DNA of 64,000 nt from Firmicutes bacterium UBA5389 (GCA_002409965.1 DHON01000112.1:555-64554); one strand, 5' to 3'; numbered from the stretch's first letter, positions 1 to 10,449 are shown. Numbers and translations: made by a program. Notes: generated by a model not told the origin, from the sequence alone.

Positions 1-135
1 CACCACTCGCCGGATTTTCCTTATCCGCTGAGGTCTGGTCGAGGCAAATAGAGGGCCTGTAGGCTCATTTGCCCTGCTTCGTCGTGTCAAGGGAGCATCT
101 GCTCGGGGTCGTGCATCCGCGGGTCGCGATTGAAG

Positions 136-825
136 TCATGCCGGGTCATTCCCGCGACGAGCAGCCAGGGGTTTCACTGCCCACAGTATCCACGTGGCCG
201 AGGTCATCTGCCGGGCCTCAAGGATGGCGCCGGTTTCGGCGAAAGCTGCCGTCAGTTCGTCAACGTATAGGTAGAACTCGTCGTCGAGCCAGTCGCATTG
301 CTCGCGCATCGCTTTCTCAGCATCGGAGTCTCGGAAGGCTACATCGCCCAACGCGAGAATGCCTCCGGGCCTGAGCACGCGCATCATCTCTCTGACAGCC
401 GCCGGCTGCGACTTGCGCGCCACATGATGGAGGGCGTATGTACTCACCACGGCATCGAACGAACTGTCGTCGAAGGGCAATCGCAAGAACGGATCGTCGG
501 CCAGAGCGAACTGAACATCAAGCCCCTTGGCCGCGATCTTGGCCTCGGCCTGCGCCAGCATACGCCGGGATGGGTCGAGTCCCGTCACGCACGCTCCTCG
601 CTCGGCGCACCGGATCGACAGATTGCCCGTTCCGGCGCCGATATCGAGCACTCGCGCGCTCGGGGACGCGCCCGCGATCTCTACCACAGCATCCAGCACA
701 TCGTCGTAGCTAGCGTACATGTCCAGGTCTGCCCGCACCATGTCATCGTATCGGTCAGTCCACGCATACGAGTCGAAGTCCCATACCTTCTCGTCCGTCT
801 TGTCGCCTGCATCATCAGTCGCCAA
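136..825 (-). CDS. Class I SAM-dependent methyltransferase
   Basis: VLDIGAGTG motif I, LPFDDSSFDAVVS motif; TTG start with GAGGAGG RBS. Confidence 0.85.
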   Translation of the reverse strand: MATDDAGDKTDEKVWDFDSYAWTDRYDDMVRADLDMYASYDDVLDAVVEIAGASPSARVLDIGAGTGNLSIRCAERGACVTGLDPSRRMLAQAEAKIAAKGLDVQFALADDPFLRLPFDDSSFDAVVSTYALHHVARKSQPAAVREMMRVLRPGGILALGDVAFRDSDAEKAMREQCDWLDDEFYLYVDELTAAFAETGAILEARQMTSATWILWAVKPLAARRGNDPA

Positions 826-915
826 ACCCGTGACCTCCTCGCCCTGAGCGCTTCATGACAATTGTACCGCAACGCTATGCGCAAAGCGAGCAGGCCAGGA
901 CTGAAAGGCCGGCCT

Positions 916-1773
916 CTATCTCGACATCTCTTTGAGCATGACTTCGTAGTCACTGACATGTTCCTTCAGAACATGGTAGCAGTGATCATCAGTGGGGAAC
1001 CTGCCAGTCCTGACGTCATCTATATACTCCCTGAATGCCTGGGTTTCGATCTCGGCTACATTCGCGTACGTCTTCACGAACTTGGGGGTAAAGGCCTGGA
1101 AAAGCCCCAGCATGTCGCCGCAGATCAGCAGCTGGCCATCGCACGGAACCCCGGCTCCAATCGAGTAGACTGGGATTGCCAGATCCTTTGCTATGAACTC
1201 AGTGAGCTCAGGCGGGACAGCTTCGAGCAGCAGTGCAAATGCGCCGGCTTCTTCAATGGCCCGCGCATCGAGGATCAACTCCTTGGCGCTTTCCGGGTCA
1301 CGCCCTTGGGCCTTGAAGCCGCCCAGTTGCCCAGAACTCTGCGGGGTGAGTCCAACGTGCCCCATGACCAGCACACCCGCATCGGCTATTGCCTTGATAC
1401 GGCCCAAAACCCGCCTGCCGCCTTCGAGCTTGACCGCGTCCATGTCGGCTTCCTTCAAGAATCGGCCTGCGTTCTGCACCGCGTCTGCGTCAGAAACCTG
1501 ATACGAAAGAAACGGCATGTCGCCGATGCAGAAGGTGTTGGGCGCTCCGCGCCGCACCGCTTGGCAGCTCCGGATGCAATCGTCCATAGTAACCGGGATG
1601 GTGCCTTGATAGCCCAGGAGAACCATGCCCAAGCTATCACCTACAAGGATCATGTCCATCCCTGCCTGTTCGGCAAAGGATGCCATGGGGAAATCGTAGG
1701 CAGTCACCCATGCTGCCTTCTCGCCCTGGCGCTTCATGCGGACGAGATCAAGGCGCGTTCTTTTCTTCGCCAT
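916..1773 (-). CDS. panB: 3-methyl-2-oxobutanoate hydroxymethyltransferase (PanB family)
   Basis: TAYD, ILVGDSLGM, VKLEGG, GHVGLTPQ, IGAG motifs; start moved to ATG 1773 (GGAGGT RBS). Confidence 0.93.
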   Translation of the reverse strand: MAKKRTRLDLVRMKRQGEKAAWVTAYDFPMASFAEQAGMDMILVGDSLGMVLLGYQGTIPVTMDDCIRSCQAVRRGAPNTFCIGDMPFLSYQVSDADAVQNAGRFLKEADMDAVKLEGGRRVLGRIKAIADAGVLVMGHVGLTPQSSGQLGGFKAQGRDPESAKELILDARAIEEAGAFALLLEAVPPELTEFIAKDLAIPVYSIGAGVPCDGQLLICGDMLGLFQAFTPKFVKTYANVAEIETQAFREYIDDVRTGRFPTDDHCYHVLKEHVSDYEVMLKEMSR

Positions 1774-1869
1774 AGCTACCTCCAGCCTTTCCTTCTCACA
1801 TACCGGCTGTTGCAGATTCGGCAACAGCGGCATGTACAGTGTCAGTTGCCGCGCCACTCGGTCGCTAGC

Positions 1870-3252
1870 TCAGTCGATAATGGTGCCGGGATTGAGTATG
1901 TGGTTTGGATCGAACGCCTTCTTGATGCCTCTCATGATCTCTATTTCCCTGTCGGTGAATTGCTGGTCCATGTGTTTCTTCCTGGTTTTCCCGGTACCAT
2001 GCTCGGCAGTGATCGTTCCGCCGTATTTCAGAGCTGCCATATACATGTCATTTCTGATGTCGTCAAGGTAGTCTGGGAGTTTACCGTTCTCGAGCATAAT
2101 GTAGTTGTGCATGTTCCCGTCAGCTATATGGCCTATAGCAGGCGCAGTCGTATTGTACTTCTTGGCGATGGCCTTAAGGTCATTGAGTAGTGCCGGAACC
2201 GATGCAGGAGGGACCGCTATGTCAAGAGAATCTGCTAGATTCTCCTTGTATGCCGTATACACATTGCTCCTGATCTCCAGCAAGGTTCTCTGGTCTTGTG
2301 TAGTTTCTGCTATTAGGCTGTCCACGGCGCCGTTTGCCTCGCACATTTCGACTATGCGCTCGCACTTGGCATACAAGTCGTCCAGAGAGGCCTCATCGAG
2401 GATGAACATCAGGTCCACCGATCCCTGGGTCGCAGGATATGTCAACCCCATGTGCTCCGCAGAAACCAATGCCATTTCTCTGTCCATGTACTCGATGGCC
2501 AAGGGGGTTATGCCTGCCTGCAGGATCTCGGCCACCACGTCCGCGGCTTCTTGGGTGGTATCGAAGCATACGAGCAGCGTGCCCACATAGGGATTCTTGG
2601 CATACAGCTTGAGTGTGACTTCCGTGATGATGCCCAGAGTTCCCTCACTGCCGATCATCATGTGGAGCAAGTCATAACCCATGTTGTTCTTGATCATCTT
2701 GCCCCCGAGGTTGACCAGTTCGCCCGTGGGAAACACCACTTTCAAGCCTCTCACGTGGTTCCGCATGATACCGTGTTTGACGGCCCTTACTCCGCCGGCG
2801 TTCTCTGCAACCATTCCGCCGATCTGAGCTCCTTCATCTCCGGGGTGCACCGGGAAGAAGAGCTTGTCGTGTTTCTTCATCTCTTCGAGCAAGCCTTCCA
2901 AAGTAACGCCCGCTTCCACGGTTATCATCAGATTCTTGCTGTCGAACTCAACGATCCTGTTGAGTCTTTCCAGAGACAGGACGATGCTCGGAACAGTGGG
3001 AATGGCGGCGCCGCAAAGACCAGTACCTCCGCCTCTTGGGACTATGGGCACGAGATGTCGATTAGCAGTTTTCGCTATGCTAGAGACTTCTTCAGCGGTG
3101 GCCGGCTTTACTACAACACAATCTTCACAGGCTCTGGGCCTTATCTTCAGCTCTGTTTCATCATACAGATAGCTCTGCATCTGGGACAGGTCTGTTACGA
3201 CCCAGTCCTCTCCCACGATGCCGACTAGTTCGCTGACGATCTCCTTCTTCAT
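1870..3252 (-). CDS. FAD-linked 2-hydroxyacid dehydrogenase (GlcD/LctD-like)
   Basis: PRGGGTGLCG, IGGMVAENAGG, GSEGTLGIITE, GHIADGNMH, AEHGTG, NPG C-terminus; start ATG 3252 after GGAGG. Confidence 0.88.
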   Translation of the reverse strand: MKKEIVSELVGIVGEDWVVTDLSQMQSYLYDETELKIRPRACEDCVVVKPATAEEVSSIAKTANRHLVPIVPRGGGTGLCGAAIPTVPSIVLSLERLNRIVEFDSKNLMITVEAGVTLEGLLEEMKKHDKLFFPVHPGDEGAQIGGMVAENAGGVRAVKHGIMRNHVRGLKVVFPTGELVNLGGKMIKNNMGYDLLHMMIGSEGTLGIITEVTLKLYAKNPYVGTLLVCFDTTQEAADVVAEILQAGITPLAIEYMDREMALVSAEHMGLTYPATQGSVDLMFILDEASLDDLYAKCERIVEMCEANGAVDSLIAETTQDQRTLLEIRSNVYTAYKENLADSLDIAVPPASVPALLNDLKAIAKKYNTTAPAIGHIADGNMHNYIMLENGKLPDYLDDIRNDMYMAALKYGGTITAEHGTGKTRKKHMDQQFTDREIEIMRGIKKAFDPNHILNPGTIID

Positions 3253-3309
3253 ATCAACTAACCTCCATTGCTCGCGAAACACGATCTTCAAAGACGAATC
3301 GGAAGCCGC

Positions 3310-4593
3310 CTAGAATCCATGAATCAGACGCGGCAACCAGGTCAGCATCTGCGGAAAGTTGGACATGAACAGGCAGAAAGCGATCTCCACTGCGAGAAGA
3401 GGGAGAATCGGCTTGCTGATCTCCTCGATCTTCAGGTCCGCGACCCCGCACGCCACGAAGAGATTCACGGCCATGGGCGGAGTTATCATCCCAACTGACG
3501 TGTTGACTACCATGATAATGCCCAGTGCCAGTGGATCCAGCCCGATGCGCGCCGCCAGCGGAATTAGGATCGGCGCAACCAGAAGGATTATCGCCTGTGT
3601 CTCGAGGAACGTGCCAAGGAAGAGCAGCAACACGTTGATGAGGAAGATCAGCACGAACGGGCTGCTGGAAATGGCCATCATCCCGCGGGTCACCGTATCG
3701 GCAATGCGCGCCGAGGTAATGAGCCAGCTGAATGAGGACGACGCGGCAATCACGAACAAAACCACCGATGTGCTGATACCAGCCTTCACAAGCGTCTTGG
3801 GCAAATCCTTGATCGTGAACTCACGATACACAAATAGGCCTACGATCAGGGAGTAGACAACCGCCACCGCCGCCGCCTCAGTCGGCGTGAAAACGCCGCC
3901 GTAGATTCCGCCCAAGACGATAATGGGCATCAAGAGAGCCCATGCAGCATCGCGAGCCGCTGCGCCTATTTCGCGCCAGCTGTAACGGCGGTCGCCTCTG
4001 AGCCCGAGCCGCCTGGCCTGCACCAGCACGACCAAGGTGAGAAGCAGAGCAATGGCGATCCCCGGTATGAGGCCGGCAATGAACAGATCTCCGATGGAAC
4101 AGCCCGATACTACCCCGTAGGTAACCATTGGGATGCTAGGCGGTATGATGACGCCCAGCGTGCCTGCGGCGGCCGCTATTGCGGCAGCATACGGCTTGGG
4201 ATATCCGGCCTTGATCATGGCCGGAATCATGATGCCGCCGATAGAGGCCACAGTGGCAGGATTGGATCCGGAGATCGCGCCAAAAAACGCTGAAGAGACG
4301 ATTGTTATGATGCCCAGTCCTCCGGGCACCGGTCCGACCAAGGTCTTCGAGAAGTTCACAAGCCTCTTGGAGATCCCTCCCCCCTCCATTAGGCCTCCGG
4401 CCAGCATGAAGAAGGGAATGGCCATGAACGGGAAAGAATCCACAGCCGTGAACATGCGCTGCACAACCAGAAGCGGCGGTGTGGCCATGGGCCCGAAGAA
4501 CAGGGCTACCATGGACGCTAGGCCCAATGCCACAGCTATTGGGATGTTGAGCAGCATGAGTGCAACAAACGCGCCGAAAAGCAATGCTCCCAT
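3310..4593 (-). CDS. dctM: TRAP transporter large permease
   Basis: AIPFF, FGAISGS, IIPPSIPM, FTPTEAA, ITPP motifs; highly hydrophobic. Confidence 0.93.
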   Translation of the reverse strand: MGALLFGAFVALMLLNIPIAVALGLASMVALFFGPMATPPLLVVQRMFTAVDSFPFMAIPFFMLAGGLMEGGGISKRLVNFSKTLVGPVPGGLGIITIVSSAFFGAISGSNPATVASIGGIMIPAMIKAGYPKPYAAAIAAAAGTLGVIIPPSIPMVTYGVVSGCSIGDLFIAGLIPGIAIALLLTLVVLVQARRLGLRGDRRYSWREIGAAARDAAWALLMPIIVLGGIYGGVFTPTEAAAVAVVYSLIVGLFVYREFTIKDLPKTLVKAGISTSVVLFVIAASSSFSWLITSARIADTVTRGMMAISSSPFVLIFLINVLLLFLGTFLETQAIILLVAPILIPLAARIGLDPLALGIIMVVNTSVGMITPPMAVNLFVACGVADLKIEEISKPILPLLAVEIAFCLFMSNFPQMLTWLPRLIHGF

Positions 4594-4597
4594 AGCC

Positions 4598-5068
4598 TCA
4601 TCCCTCCTGTCGCCTATTAGCTATCGTTCCTATGAGGTGCTGCACAGACCGCACGATCATCAGGCAGGCTCCGAACGGAATCGCAGCGTATGCCCAGTAG
4701 ATCGGGATCTCAAGGGCAGGCGAAGTCTGGCCGGTGTCGAACTGGTTGCGCATGATCTGAGCGGCCAGGATGACGACCAGCACGTTGAAAACGATGATTA
4801 TCACATACCTGAGAGCGTCGAGGAACGGACGCCATTTCTTAGGAAGTGCAGAGACGAACGCCTCGACTCCCAGGTGAGATCCTTTCTTCAGTCCGGCCGA
4901 AGCGCCTATGTAAGCCAGCCAGACCATCATGTACCTGGCTGCCTCCTCGCCCCACGTAATCGGGAAGAAGAACACGTAGCGCGCCATGGTTGACACGAAC
5001 ACGAGGATGGTCATCAGCCCTAATAGCACAATTATGGCCCACTCTTCGAAGCGATCCAGAAACCGCAT
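4598..5068 (-). CDS. dctQ: TRAP transporter small permease
   Basis: RYVF..WGEEAARY..W, HLGVE, SPALEIP; four TM segments; start ATG 5068 after GGAGG. Confidence 0.9.
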   Translation of the reverse strand: MRFLDRFEEWAIIVLLGLMTILVFVSTMARYVFFFPITWGEEAARYMMVWLAYIGASAGLKKGSHLGVEAFVSALPKKWRPFLDALRYVIIIVFNVLVVILAAQIMRNQFDTGQTSPALEIPIYWAYAAIPFGACLMIVRSVQHLIGTIANRRQEG

Positions 5069-5090
5069 GAGGGGGTACCTCCTTGATTCG

Positions 5091-5126
5091 ATGGGGTCCC
5101 GCCTGCAAAGCAGGCGAAACCCCATA
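5091..5126 (-). other. Intergenic stem-loop after dctP (mRNA stabiliser or partial terminator)
   Basis: ATGGGGT..CGCCTGC-AAA-GCAGGCG..ACCCCAT inverted repeat between the binding-protein and permease genes. Confidence 0.55.
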
Positions 5127-5144
5127 TTGGCTACATAGAGAGAA

Positions 5145-6125
5145 CTACTTCCCACGCAGGGCACGGATGGTATCAAGACCGATCTCGGCCTCGAACTGCT
5201 TGTAGACCGGTTCGCACGCCTTCTCGAATGCATCCAGATCCGGCCTGCTAACCTGCATGCCGGCAGCCTTCAGCTCGCTGACCAGGCTATCCTCTAGGTC
5301 CTGACAGTATTTGCGCTCCCAGTCGCGGGCTTCGGTCGCTGCATCCTGTATCGCCTTCTGCTGGTCAGGAGTGAGATTGCTGAAGAACCTCTGCCCGATC
5401 AGCAAAGCCGCAGGAGAGTAGAAGTGGCCTGTCAGGGCCAGATGCTTCTGAACCTCGTAGAACTTGGACGTCTTGATGATGACCAGAGGGTTCTCCTGTC
5501 CGTCTACGGTCTTCTGCTGCAGCGCGGTGAACAGCTCGCCAAAGGGCATTGGCACAGGAGCGGCGCCAAGGGTCTTGAACGTGGCCATGTGCACAGGGTT
5601 CTCCATGAGGCGGATCTTCAGGCCCGCCACGTCAGCCGGCTTCTCAATCGGTCGCCTGCTGTTCGTGAGCATTCGGAAGCCGTTCTCCCAAAAAGCCAGG
5701 GTCTTGATGCCCTTGGGCTCCAAGGATGCCGCCATCTGATTGCCAAGGTCACCGTCAAGAGCCTTGTAGGCACTGGCACGATCCTTCACGATGAAAGGCA
5801 GGTCAAACACGAGGAACTTCTTGGAGAAATTCGCGAGCGGGGCCGTCGACACCAGTGTCGCTTCTAGAGTCCCAAGGGTGACGCCTTCAATGGCATCTCG
5901 CTCGCTGCCCAACTGGGAACTGTGGAAGATCTGCACCTCGATGGCGCCGTTGGTCTTGGCATTGACCAGTTCCGCGAATTTCTCTAGGCCCATCTGATAA
6001 TGGGAGTCGGGAGCCAGAGTGTGGTTCAGACGGATGATCTTCTTCGCTGGCGCACCTACTGCCAGGCCGGCCATGAATACGCACACTATGGCCAAGGTCA
6101 GAGCAAAGCAGAGTGTCCTTCTCAT
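5145..6125 (-). CDS. dctP: TRAP transporter substrate-binding protein
   Basis: Signal peptide; QLGSERD, ENGFR, GLKIR, ELFTALQQKTVDGQENP motifs. Confidence 0.93.
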   Translation of the reverse strand: MRRTLCFALTLAIVCVFMAGLAVGAPAKKIIRLNHTLAPDSHYQMGLEKFAELVNAKTNGAIEVQIFHSSQLGSERDAIEGVTLGTLEATLVSTAPLANFSKKFLVFDLPFIVKDRASAYKALDGDLGNQMAASLEPKGIKTLAFWENGFRMLTNSRRPIEKPADVAGLKIRLMENPVHMATFKTLGAAPVPMPFGELFTALQQKTVDGQENPLVIIKTSKFYEVQKHLALTGHFYSPAALLIGQRFFSNLTPDQQKAIQDAATEARDWERKYCQDLEDSLVSELKAAGMQVSRPDLDAFEKACEPVYKQFEAEIGLDTIRALRGK

Positions 6126-6210
6126 CTGTGGGCTTCCTCCTCTTTGTGTTGTTCAGCACGAGTGACGTTTGCAGCAAGGGCTGATTGTACCGATGGAGCG
6201 CGTCACCTCC

Positions 6211-7227
6211 TTACGCGAGCTTTGGACACACAACATTGATTCGGCCAGCATACTGCGATGCAACCACAATAGCCTCCTCCATGCTGACAGGACTGGCAAC
6301 CCCTCTTCCTGCGATATCAAGAGCTGTGCCGTGATCGACGGAGGTTCGCAGGAAGGGCAAGCCGCACGTCACACTGACTGTACGTTCAAAATCCAGAGTC
6401 TTGGCGGCAATGTGACCTTGGTCGTGATACAAAGACAACACCGCGTCGAAGCGTCCTGTTTTTGCCAGGTGGAAAACGGAATCGGCCGGAATGGGGCCCA
6501 CGACCAGGTGGCCCCGGGCCTTGGCCTCAGCCACCGCAGGCTCAATCTCCCGGGTCTCTTCGTCGCCGAAAAGCCCATGTTCCCCGGAATGTGGGTTCAG
6601 GCCGGCAACCGCCAACGTAGGCTTCTCGACGCCCAGACGCGCCAGAGCGTCAGTGCAGCGCCCGATGTAGTCGAGCAGACGTTCTCTGGTGATCAGCTGT
6701 AGGGCCTCGGCCAGGGATACGTGTCGAGTCAAGAAGAATATCCTGAGTCCAAGAACCTGGAACATGGTGAGGGGGTCGTCAGTGCCGGTCAGCTCCCCGT
6801 ACATCTCCGTATGCCCGATGAACGGGACATCGGCGGCGCGGATGGATTCTTTGTTGATTGGGGCGGTGGCCACTGCGGCGATGGATCCTGACACGGCAAG
6901 ACTGATCGACGCCTCGATGTACTCATATGCCGCCCGACCGGCCATGGCCTGCACCTGACCCATTTGAAGGCGATCTGTGTCCACGTTGTGAAGATCATAC
7001 ACGTCCAGAACCCCGTGTACATACTGGCCGAGTTTGGGATGGGCTATCGAATGGACCTTCGGTCCCAGTACCAGCGCTTCCGCCGTTTTCGCGATGACGC
7101 CGGCATCGCCCAGTATGAGAGGTCGGCAAATATCGTACATGGCGGGATTGTTCAGAGCCTTGACCACAATCTCTGGGCCGATGCCCGCCGGATCGCCCAT
7201 GGTAATACCGATAACGGGACGAGTCAT
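6211..7227 (-). CDS. pdxA: PdxA-family dehydrogenase, PdxA2 (tetronate-4-phosphate dehydrogenase) type by context
   Basis: [40 protein letters not shown]; adjacent to a DUF1537 kinase. Confidence 0.92.
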   Translation of the reverse strand: MTRPVIGITMGDPAGIGPEIVVKALNNPAMYDICRPLILGDAGVIAKTAEALVLGPKVHSIAHPKLGQYVHGVLDVYDLHNVDTDRLQMGQVQAMAGRAAYEYIEASISLAVSGSIAAVATAPINKESIRAADVPFIGHTEMYGELTGTDDPLTMFQVLGLRIFFLTRHVSLAEALQLITRERLLDYIGRCTDALARLGVEKPTLAVAGLNPHSGEHGLFGDEETREIEPAVAEAKARGHLVVGPIPADSVFHLAKTGRFDAVLSLYHDQGHIAAKTLDFERTVSVTCGLPFLRTSVDHGTALDIAGRGVASPVSMEEAIVVASQYAGRINVVCPKLA

Positions 7228-8534
7228 ACACGCTCCTCCAAGCTACCAATAAGGTGATTCACGCACGCCAGCGCCGCGTTAGGTCCTCCTACGAGACCTC
7301 CTTTGGTTACAAGGGGCAAGCCAGAGTAACTCCCTCCCACAAGCCGTCCGTACGTGGCAAGCGGCAGGACTTCATCGAGCAGTTCGATACCTTGAGCGCC
7401 GCAAGCTCGACACAGGGCGGCTATGATGTCGCCCCCGGTGCCATAGACGCCCACTTCTGACCGCCCCATCTCCGTCAGAGACTCAACTGCGATCTGGGCC
7501 AGACCGTCTGCGATACTGCAGGTGACAGCGGCCGGCGCAACGCCCAACTGAGCCGCGAGCGCTCCGATGTCGAGGATGTCTTCTGCATGTGAGACTGTGT
7601 GCAGGCACACAACTGGCGTGTTCGCCGCAGCCCTAGTCACAGATTCCAGCGCTCGGCCGGCCTCGGCTGTCGCAAGACTCCCTCCGCGTGCCAGCGCCTC
7701 AGCCTTCACATGTACGAACATGCAGGGAATACTGGACTGCAGCACTTCGAGCTGTTCACGGGTCTGCGCGGTCACGCTCCCGACCACCGCCAGCACACGC
7801 CCGAGAGTGCGCCGTGGGCTCGGGAAAAGCGCGGCTGCGAGTTCAGCGCCGAAAGGACCTGGATCGGCCGAAACCACCGGCAGCCCACACTGCGCAGCGC
7901 CGCGGACAATGGTCTGCAGGTCGGCATCGGCGATGCAATCCATGGCGATGACCCGGTTCCCATCGGAGTAGAGGCCCCGAAGCGCGTCCGCCACGGCCTG
8001 ACTTCCCTGAAGCACCGTGGAGATAGGGATAACCCCTACCGAGTTACGGCTCTGCGCAGATAGCAGATCTGGAAGCGATGAGCTGCGGATCGGACACGTG
8101 GGGTCATTTGCGACATCTGTCAGCTCCAGAGGCACTCCGCTCACTAAGTGGTAACCGCCCACTGTGGATCGTCCGCTGCCGGGAAACGCCGCCACAACCA
8201 CAGCCATCGCGTCCGTGCCCTGCTCTCGCAACGCCTGTAGCAGGGCGTCAATCTCCGCGCCCAGATTGCCCCTGAGCGTGCTGTCGATCCGTTTGTCGAA
8301 ATGCTGCACTCCCAGGCCCAGCAGGTCTTTGGCCGCCTGGTATACGCGTCTGTACGCTTCTTTCGGGGGTATCGCGCGGCTCTCGGTAGTGACTACGACC
8401 ACATCGGGATCCCCCGGCAGCTCGCATCGGGCGCCGCCCAAAGACGAAATCGCGCGGAAACCTCGCTTGCCGAAGAGAATCCCAGTGGCGTTCGCGCCGG
8501 TGAGGTCATCAGCAATGACTGCCAGCCTCGGCAT
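7224..8534 (-). CDS. Four-carbon acid sugar kinase (DUF1537; DtnK/DenK-like)
   Basis: [29 protein letters not shown] motifs. Confidence 0.92.
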   Translation of the reverse strand: MPRLAVIADDLTGANATGILFGKRGFRAISSLGGARCELPGDPDVVVVTTESRAIPPKEAYRRVYQAAKDLLGLGVQHFDKRIDSTLRGNLGAEIDALLQALREQGTDAMAVVVAAFPGSGRSTVGGYHLVSGVPLELTDVANDPTCPIRSSSLPDLLSAQSRNSVGVIPISTVLQGSQAVADALRGLYSDGNRVIAMDCIADADLQTIVRGAAQCGLPVVSADPGPFGAELAAALFPSPRRTLGRVLAVVGSVTAQTREQLEVLQSSIPCMFVHVKAEALARGGSLATAEAGRALESVTRAAANTPVVCLHTVSHAEDILDIGALAAQLGVAPAAVTCSIADGLAQIAVESLTEMGRSEVGVYGTGGDIIAALCRACGAQGIELLDEVLPLATYGRLVGGSYSGLPLVTKGGLVGGPNAALACVNHLIGSLEERV

Positions 8535-8549
8535 TCACAATCTCCCCTC

Positions 8550-9317
8550 TCACACACAGACAAGGCGCACGCCCTGTCGCTCCAAAGCCTCTTTGCGGTC
8601 TGCGGCAAGATCGTTGTCGGTGATTACCGAAGTGAACTGGTTCAACCGCCTGACCTCAACGAGAGAGCCTATTCCGAACTTGCTGCTATCAACAACAAGG
8701 TGCGTGTTGTTCGCCGCCGCGCAGACTAGAGCCTTGATGCTGGCCTTCTCGGGGTTTGGAGACATGAGCCCGATTTCCATGTCAACAGCGTGGGCGCCCA
8801 CAAACGCCCGGTCGGCCCGGATCGTGCGGAAGAAATTCTCAGCGTGGCTTCCGACCATGGAGTAGACACCCTGCTGCACAGTACCTCCGGTGCCTATCAC
8901 GGTGAGCAGCGGACAATCAGAAAGCTCATTCAGAATGCAGATATCGTTGGTTACAACGGTGAGACCATCTGGGGGGCGATTTCTCAGGAGCATGGCGATG
9001 AAGTAGGTAGTTGAGCCCGCATCCAGGATTATGCTTTCTCCTGGTTTGATCAGATCCACAGCAGCTCGCGCAATGGCCTGTTTCTGCCGAACGTGCTCGT
9101 GCCGTTTGGCACGGTAGGGCGTCTCCGCGAGCAGCCTGTCATTGGCCACAGCGCCGCCATGGGTGCGCCTGAGCAAGCCCGAACACTCCAGTTGCCGAAG
9201 ATCTCTGCGAATGGTCATCTCAGAAACGCGAAGCATTCCGGCTAGTTCAGGCACTTGAGCGCTGCCGCGCTGCTGCAGAAAATCGACTATGCGATGCCTT
9301 CGCTCCTCAGCAAGCAG
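8550..9317 (-). CDS. DeoR/GlpR family transcriptional regulator
   Basis: VSEMTIRRDL HTH, RTHGGA, LDAGSTT, DSSKFG; start uncertain (CTG 9317 follows GGAGGTGA; ORF track extends to 9479). Confidence 0.9.
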   Translation of the reverse strand: MLAEERRHRIVDFLQQRGSAQVPELAGMLRVSEMTIRRDLRQLECSGLLRRTHGGAVANDRLLAETPYRAKRHEHVRQKQAIARAAVDLIKPGESIILDAGSTTYFIAMLLRNRPPDGLTVVTNDICILNELSDCPLLTVIGTGGTVQQGVYSMVGSHAENFFRTIRADRAFVGAHAVDMEIGLMSPNPEKASIKALVCAAANNTHLVVDSSKFGIGSLVEVRRLNQFTSVITDNDLAADRKEALERQGVRLVCV

Positions 9318-9347
9318 TTGGATCACCTCCAACCGTCCTCGTGTTGA

Positions 9348-9383
9348 TGTTCGATATTGGCCATTTGTTCGATTTTGTCCATT
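9348..9383. promoter_or_regulatory. Tandem 18-bp direct repeat, candidate DeoR operator
   Basis: TGTTCGATATTGGCCATT / TGTTCGATTTTGTCCATT immediately upstream of the deoR RBS. Confidence 0.55.
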
Positions 9384-9553
9384 TGCTGGTGTCATAGTTC
9401 GACCCGTGATGGCGCGATTCCTTCTTGCCGAACAGAAAAAGTTGAAATCACCCGTCTGGGCGATACTCCTTTCGGACACGCCGTGGTAGTCTGACGTTGA
9501 CGTCCGCGCACACGTATCGCACGGCCGAATCAGGTGGAAGGTGGGTTTCTTTT

Positions 9554-10438
9554 ATGGGAGGAGTCGCTGACGCCGAGTCACAGGCCCAAATCGCGTCGCG
9601 AGCTATTCGATCTGAGTCTGACGCGGCTCGAATGCTCCCCCACCTGCGGCTAGTCGCCCAGCTGTGGTGGATGGCCGGAGACGAAGGCGAAATGGAACGA
9701 GTGATGGCGCGGGCTCTGGAAAGCGCCCAAGGCAACGCGGAGCATCTGGCGGACGTGGCCGACTCGTGGGCTTGCTTCGGCGAACACGGCAGAGCCATCG
9801 AGATCGCCAGAGCGGCTCTCGATCTTCAACCCAGCCAGGGCCGCGCCCTGCACGTGCTGGGCTCGTCGCTGCTTGAGATCGGCGATGTCGAAGAAGGAAT
9901 CGTAGCATTGTACGAAGCGGCCAAGGCCGAGCCCGACCAGGTTGAAACCCATCTGCGTTTGGGTGTTGCGCTGATCCATGTCGGCAGGCCCGATGTCGCC
10001 CTCAGGGCATTCGATTTCGCCGCGATGGTCGACCCCGACGGCGCCGATGATCCTTATGCTCGAGTATGGCGCGCATTCGCCTTAGCAGGCACGGGTCGTA
10101 ACGAGGAAGCCTTCGAGTCTGTGGAGGGGCTGGAGGCGCAGACGCCCGGCAACGTGGAACTCAGTGTTCTGCTGGCCACGTTCTACGGTACGGTCGTAGG
10201 CCGTCCCGATATGGCCATTCCCCTGCTGACGCAGGCCCTCGACGACGAGCCCGAGCACAGCATCGCCAGTGTAGGGTTGGTGACCGCCCTTGAGGCGTGC
10301 GGATACCGCGCCGAGGCCGACGAAGCCTTGGAGCAACTTCGCGAGTTCGATTCTGTGAGCGCGGCGCGGGTGGATCATGCCCGTGCAACCCGTGATCGCA
10401 AGCGCCAGGGCATTTCAAACATGTCGGCCGCGCACTGA
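9554..10438 (+). CDS. Tetratricopeptide repeat protein
   Basis: Repeated TPR-like helices (ALDLQPSQGRALHVLG, AEPDQVETHLRLG); start uncertain. Confidence 0.75.
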   Translation: MGGVADAESQAQIASRAIRSESDAARMLPHLRLVAQLWWMAGDEGEMERVMARALESAQGNAEHLADVADSWACFGEHGRAIEIARAALDLQPSQGRALHVLGSSLLEIGDVEEGIVALYEAAKAEPDQVETHLRLGVALIHVGRPDVALRAFDFAAMVDPDGADDPYARVWRAFALAGTGRNEEAFESVEGLEAQTPGNVELSVLLATFYGTVVGRPDMAIPLLTQALDDEPEHSIASVGLVTALEACGYRAEADEALEQLREFDSVSAARVDHARATRDRKRQGISNMSAAH

Positions 10439-10449
10439 CGCGCAGTGGA

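Noticed and set aside
43..73. GGCAAAT..ATTTGCC hairpin at the window start
   Set aside because: Context is cut off by the window edge; cannot distinguish a terminator from a chance stem
862..2190. Long antisense ORFs (e.g. 862-2190, 40380-41462, 51600-52595, 53299-54627)
   Set aside because: They lie opposite well-conserved genes and have no motifs; these are the expected shadow ORFs of high-GC codon bias
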